DNA from: Eledone cirrhosa
Lineage: Eukaryota
DNA length: 64,000 bases
Assembly (NCBI GenBank): GCA_964016885.1
Contig: OZ024745.1
Coordinates: forward strand, 51,088,001 to 51,152,000
Direction: 5' to 3'
Shown here: positions 61,250 through 64,000 of the stretch, piece after piece
How the letters are laid out: each line of letters begins with the position of its first letter
How positions within the stretch are numbered: the stretch's first letter is position 1
Program-made: the position numbers and the translations under genes
Notes under the pieces: model-generated
Told to the model about the DNA's origin: nothing
Database searches by the model: none
The model's input: the letters and a program-made list of their open reading frames with translations, nothing else

Positions 61250-61436
61250 GGTGGATTAGCAGAAGTGTTAGATCACCAGACAAAATTCCTTGTGGTACTT
61301 AATTAAGTCACTTTATATTCTGAGATCAAATACTGCTGCAGTCAGCTTTGCCCTTCATCCTTTCGGCGAAGACGTAATCGACTGTTGCTGTTTTTTAGAA
61401 CTGCTGGCCTTGTGCCTAAATTAGAAACCATTATTA
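61250..61436 (+). mobile_element. Decayed Meta-domain SINE
   Basis: CTTTGCCCTTCATCCTTTCGG core and GCTGGCCTTGTGCCTAAA.TAGAAA 3' end shared with 50547-50725. Confidence 0.6.
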
Positions 61437-63915
61437 CCGCAATGATAGAACTATCAGACTACTAGTTTAATCTTAATTTATATTCTCAGTTCAAACTCCG
61501 CCGTCTCTCAACACAAAAGCTAATGGCATATTGTTTTCCACATAGTCTATAAATTACCTACCGCAAGTCGGCTTTCATATAATTAAAGTTATAGTGACTT
61601 TCAGTATCGGATTGTGAAAAACATTGTAAGTGATGATATCAGTATAATGTAGGTCAATAAGATGGCGGATGTTCTAGTTAATTATAAATTATGGAATTTT
61701 ATGTTAAAGGAAATACCGATAATATTCACTTATATACGTTTTTCAAATATGCCTAACGGACCATGTTGACTATTATTCAATAATACAAACATGTATAAAG
61801 AATATAGTATCCTCATAAGATTGAGTCTAATATATGTTAATACAAAAGAATTATGTAAATAACACATGAGGCAATACTATCACATGAAAGAAACTAACGC
61901 CCGATTACATCCCGAAACTCATATTTATAGAGCCATATACCCATTTAGTTAACCCCTTTACAGATATCACGTTTTGCTCCAGGTATCTATCTATTACATC
62001 TATATGGCAATCATTCCTAGAACACCTTTCAAACCACTTACTAAACATCACAACATGTACTAACAAATGAAATAGACATATTTACAACTTACAAAACTCA
62101 CAGTATGAACACGCCCATCAAGTGACAGAATTATTGTTTTCATAACTGAACTTTAATAAAATCATCAAAATACATGCTGCAATACAGGTATTTAACATAA
62201 TATTTACAGAAGCTTTAAAACAACCCCACAGGTCAAGGAAAAATAGCCAATATTACATAACTGAACAAAGCACCCTGATAGAGGGTTAGGCTTAGGAGTG
62301 ACCAGAACAAGCAAACACCACATGCAACAAGAATACAACTACTACTACATGCTATCATATGCGATAGTAATAGTGTTTTACTGTGGAGTAGGCTGTAATG
62401 TAAAATATACACGTAAATATTTCAACAGCAAATGGGTTCAGAAAACTATATATTCAACCACCACATTATTCACAAAACGTACATAAACTATACAGTATGT
62501 GGTTGCTTTACTGACATTCTAACGAACATTACCATCCGCAAAACGTTTAACACCCTTCACTGTTATCCATATATAAACAAAATACTCCAGTTTAAGAAAC
62601 AAACAACCTACAACAAGAGAGCATCAACATAGTTGATGGATCTACTAGAAATAACAATGAAACTCTCCTTAATTTATACCCCACCGTCCTGAAAATTGAT
62701 AGATACATTTGGTGTGAGAGAATATAGGAATAGTCATAGATGGAATGCATTTGATCATATATCTGCTCAATCAGAACTGATCTTAGATTAAATGAAAAGA
62801 ACCTCCATTCTTAACAGCAATATGAAATAACAGAAAAACAACTAGCTATCATATTCAACAAAATAAATATACCACACACGAAGATGAAAAACTCAAGTGT
62901 TTATCTATAACGCATCTAGCGTTAATACCTAACATAAGAGACAGTAAAGAAAGAAAAACTATGCAAATTATATTTAGGCACAACATTTGACCAGCATATA
63001 AACACTCGCATTCAAATAATAAATTATAGCTACAAAAACCAAACACCAGAAACTACTACATTGACCGTTTCATGTCATCACAGACTACATACAAGCAACA
63101 ACAAGAAGCCGCCTGTACAAAGAAACTAACGTACTCAAATGAAAGGCAACCTGGACATATGATCACTACGTATTGATACTGCAGCAAGCTCAAACCCGGT
63201 AGTGTCTTGTACCTTATGTAGAATCCTTACTACAATGCCATATGCAATTCGTTTTCGTTCATTGCAGGAGTAAAAAGAACCAGACGGAATGAAAGTACGA
63301 GAGCAATAACCTATTTAACCACTCACCAACAATAAAAGTGTGTTGTGCTGGGTTACACACAATTTATGGTGTGTGAAAAGTATCGTGCCTGGATTGAAAC
63401 ACTGCAGGCTATAACATAATCTCCTGTATATTGAATAAGTCCTCTACCAGGCGCTCAATTGTATCATTCGAAGACGTGAAAGGAGGTTTTACAGAGACCA
63501 TGAACGCTTCCGTGTTTCTCATAACTCAACCATTAAACAATATATTCCATACGTTTAGTTACATAATCATAGTATGCAAAGCAAAATATGTGATATCCTC
63601 CTTGTGGTATTGTTATTGCAAACAGAAACCTTTCATTATATATATTGCAAACCACTCTACACATCTGTCTTGTTTGACGAATTTCACAAGATAGAAGTAA
63701 AGTTCATTAAAATATTTATTTTTTGTGAAAAAGAAAATTTAAAGCTTCCTTCTCATTTTTACACATTTCCTTTCCCGTGAGCATAATCTTTCTACCAGAT
63801 TTTGAAAGTATGCACACAGTCTCAACCAACACTAGCATATTAAATAAATATACACTAACATATTCTTTATTCATTAATTTCCGTTTGCTGGATACGTCTT
63901 ACATATGCATATAAT

Positions 63916-63918
<3 letters not shown>

Positions 63919-63996
<78 letters not shown>
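63919..63996. repeat. (CA)n microsatellite
   Basis: Directly visible. Confidence 0.97.
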
Positions 63997-63999
<3 letters not shown>

Positions 64000-64000
64000 T

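Overview
AT-rich animal genomic DNA; the SINE types suggest a mollusc, probably a cephalopod (inference). No host gene is recognisable. Bases 1-12876 and 31492-34125 are a (TA)n satellite interrupted by AAG, with a 200-N gap at 11861-12060. The (TA)n tracts are a landing pad for Penelope-like retroelements (PLEs). Element A is a ~1.8-unit near-identical tandem on the minus strand (Hydra-clade-like, RT plus C-terminal GIY-YIG, 6.06 kb unit). Element B is a ~1.8-unit tandem on the plus strand (1209 aa, Asn-rich tract, large insertion in the RT fingers, 4.12 kb unit). There are also a decayed Hydra-like and a decayed Neptune-like PLE. At least five families of short non-coding fold-back elements sit in TA tracts, each with a one-sided tail. 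Reading the element ends by eye gives a set of hammerhead ribozyme (HHR) motifs: two canonical minimal types and several with non-standard cores (U3:A8, A4, C13, and one with a 116-nt stem II that may contain an intron). The rest is decayed SINEs, R4/Dong-like LINE remnants and simple repeats. The long Ile/Tyr ORFs in the ORF track are microsatellite artefacts.
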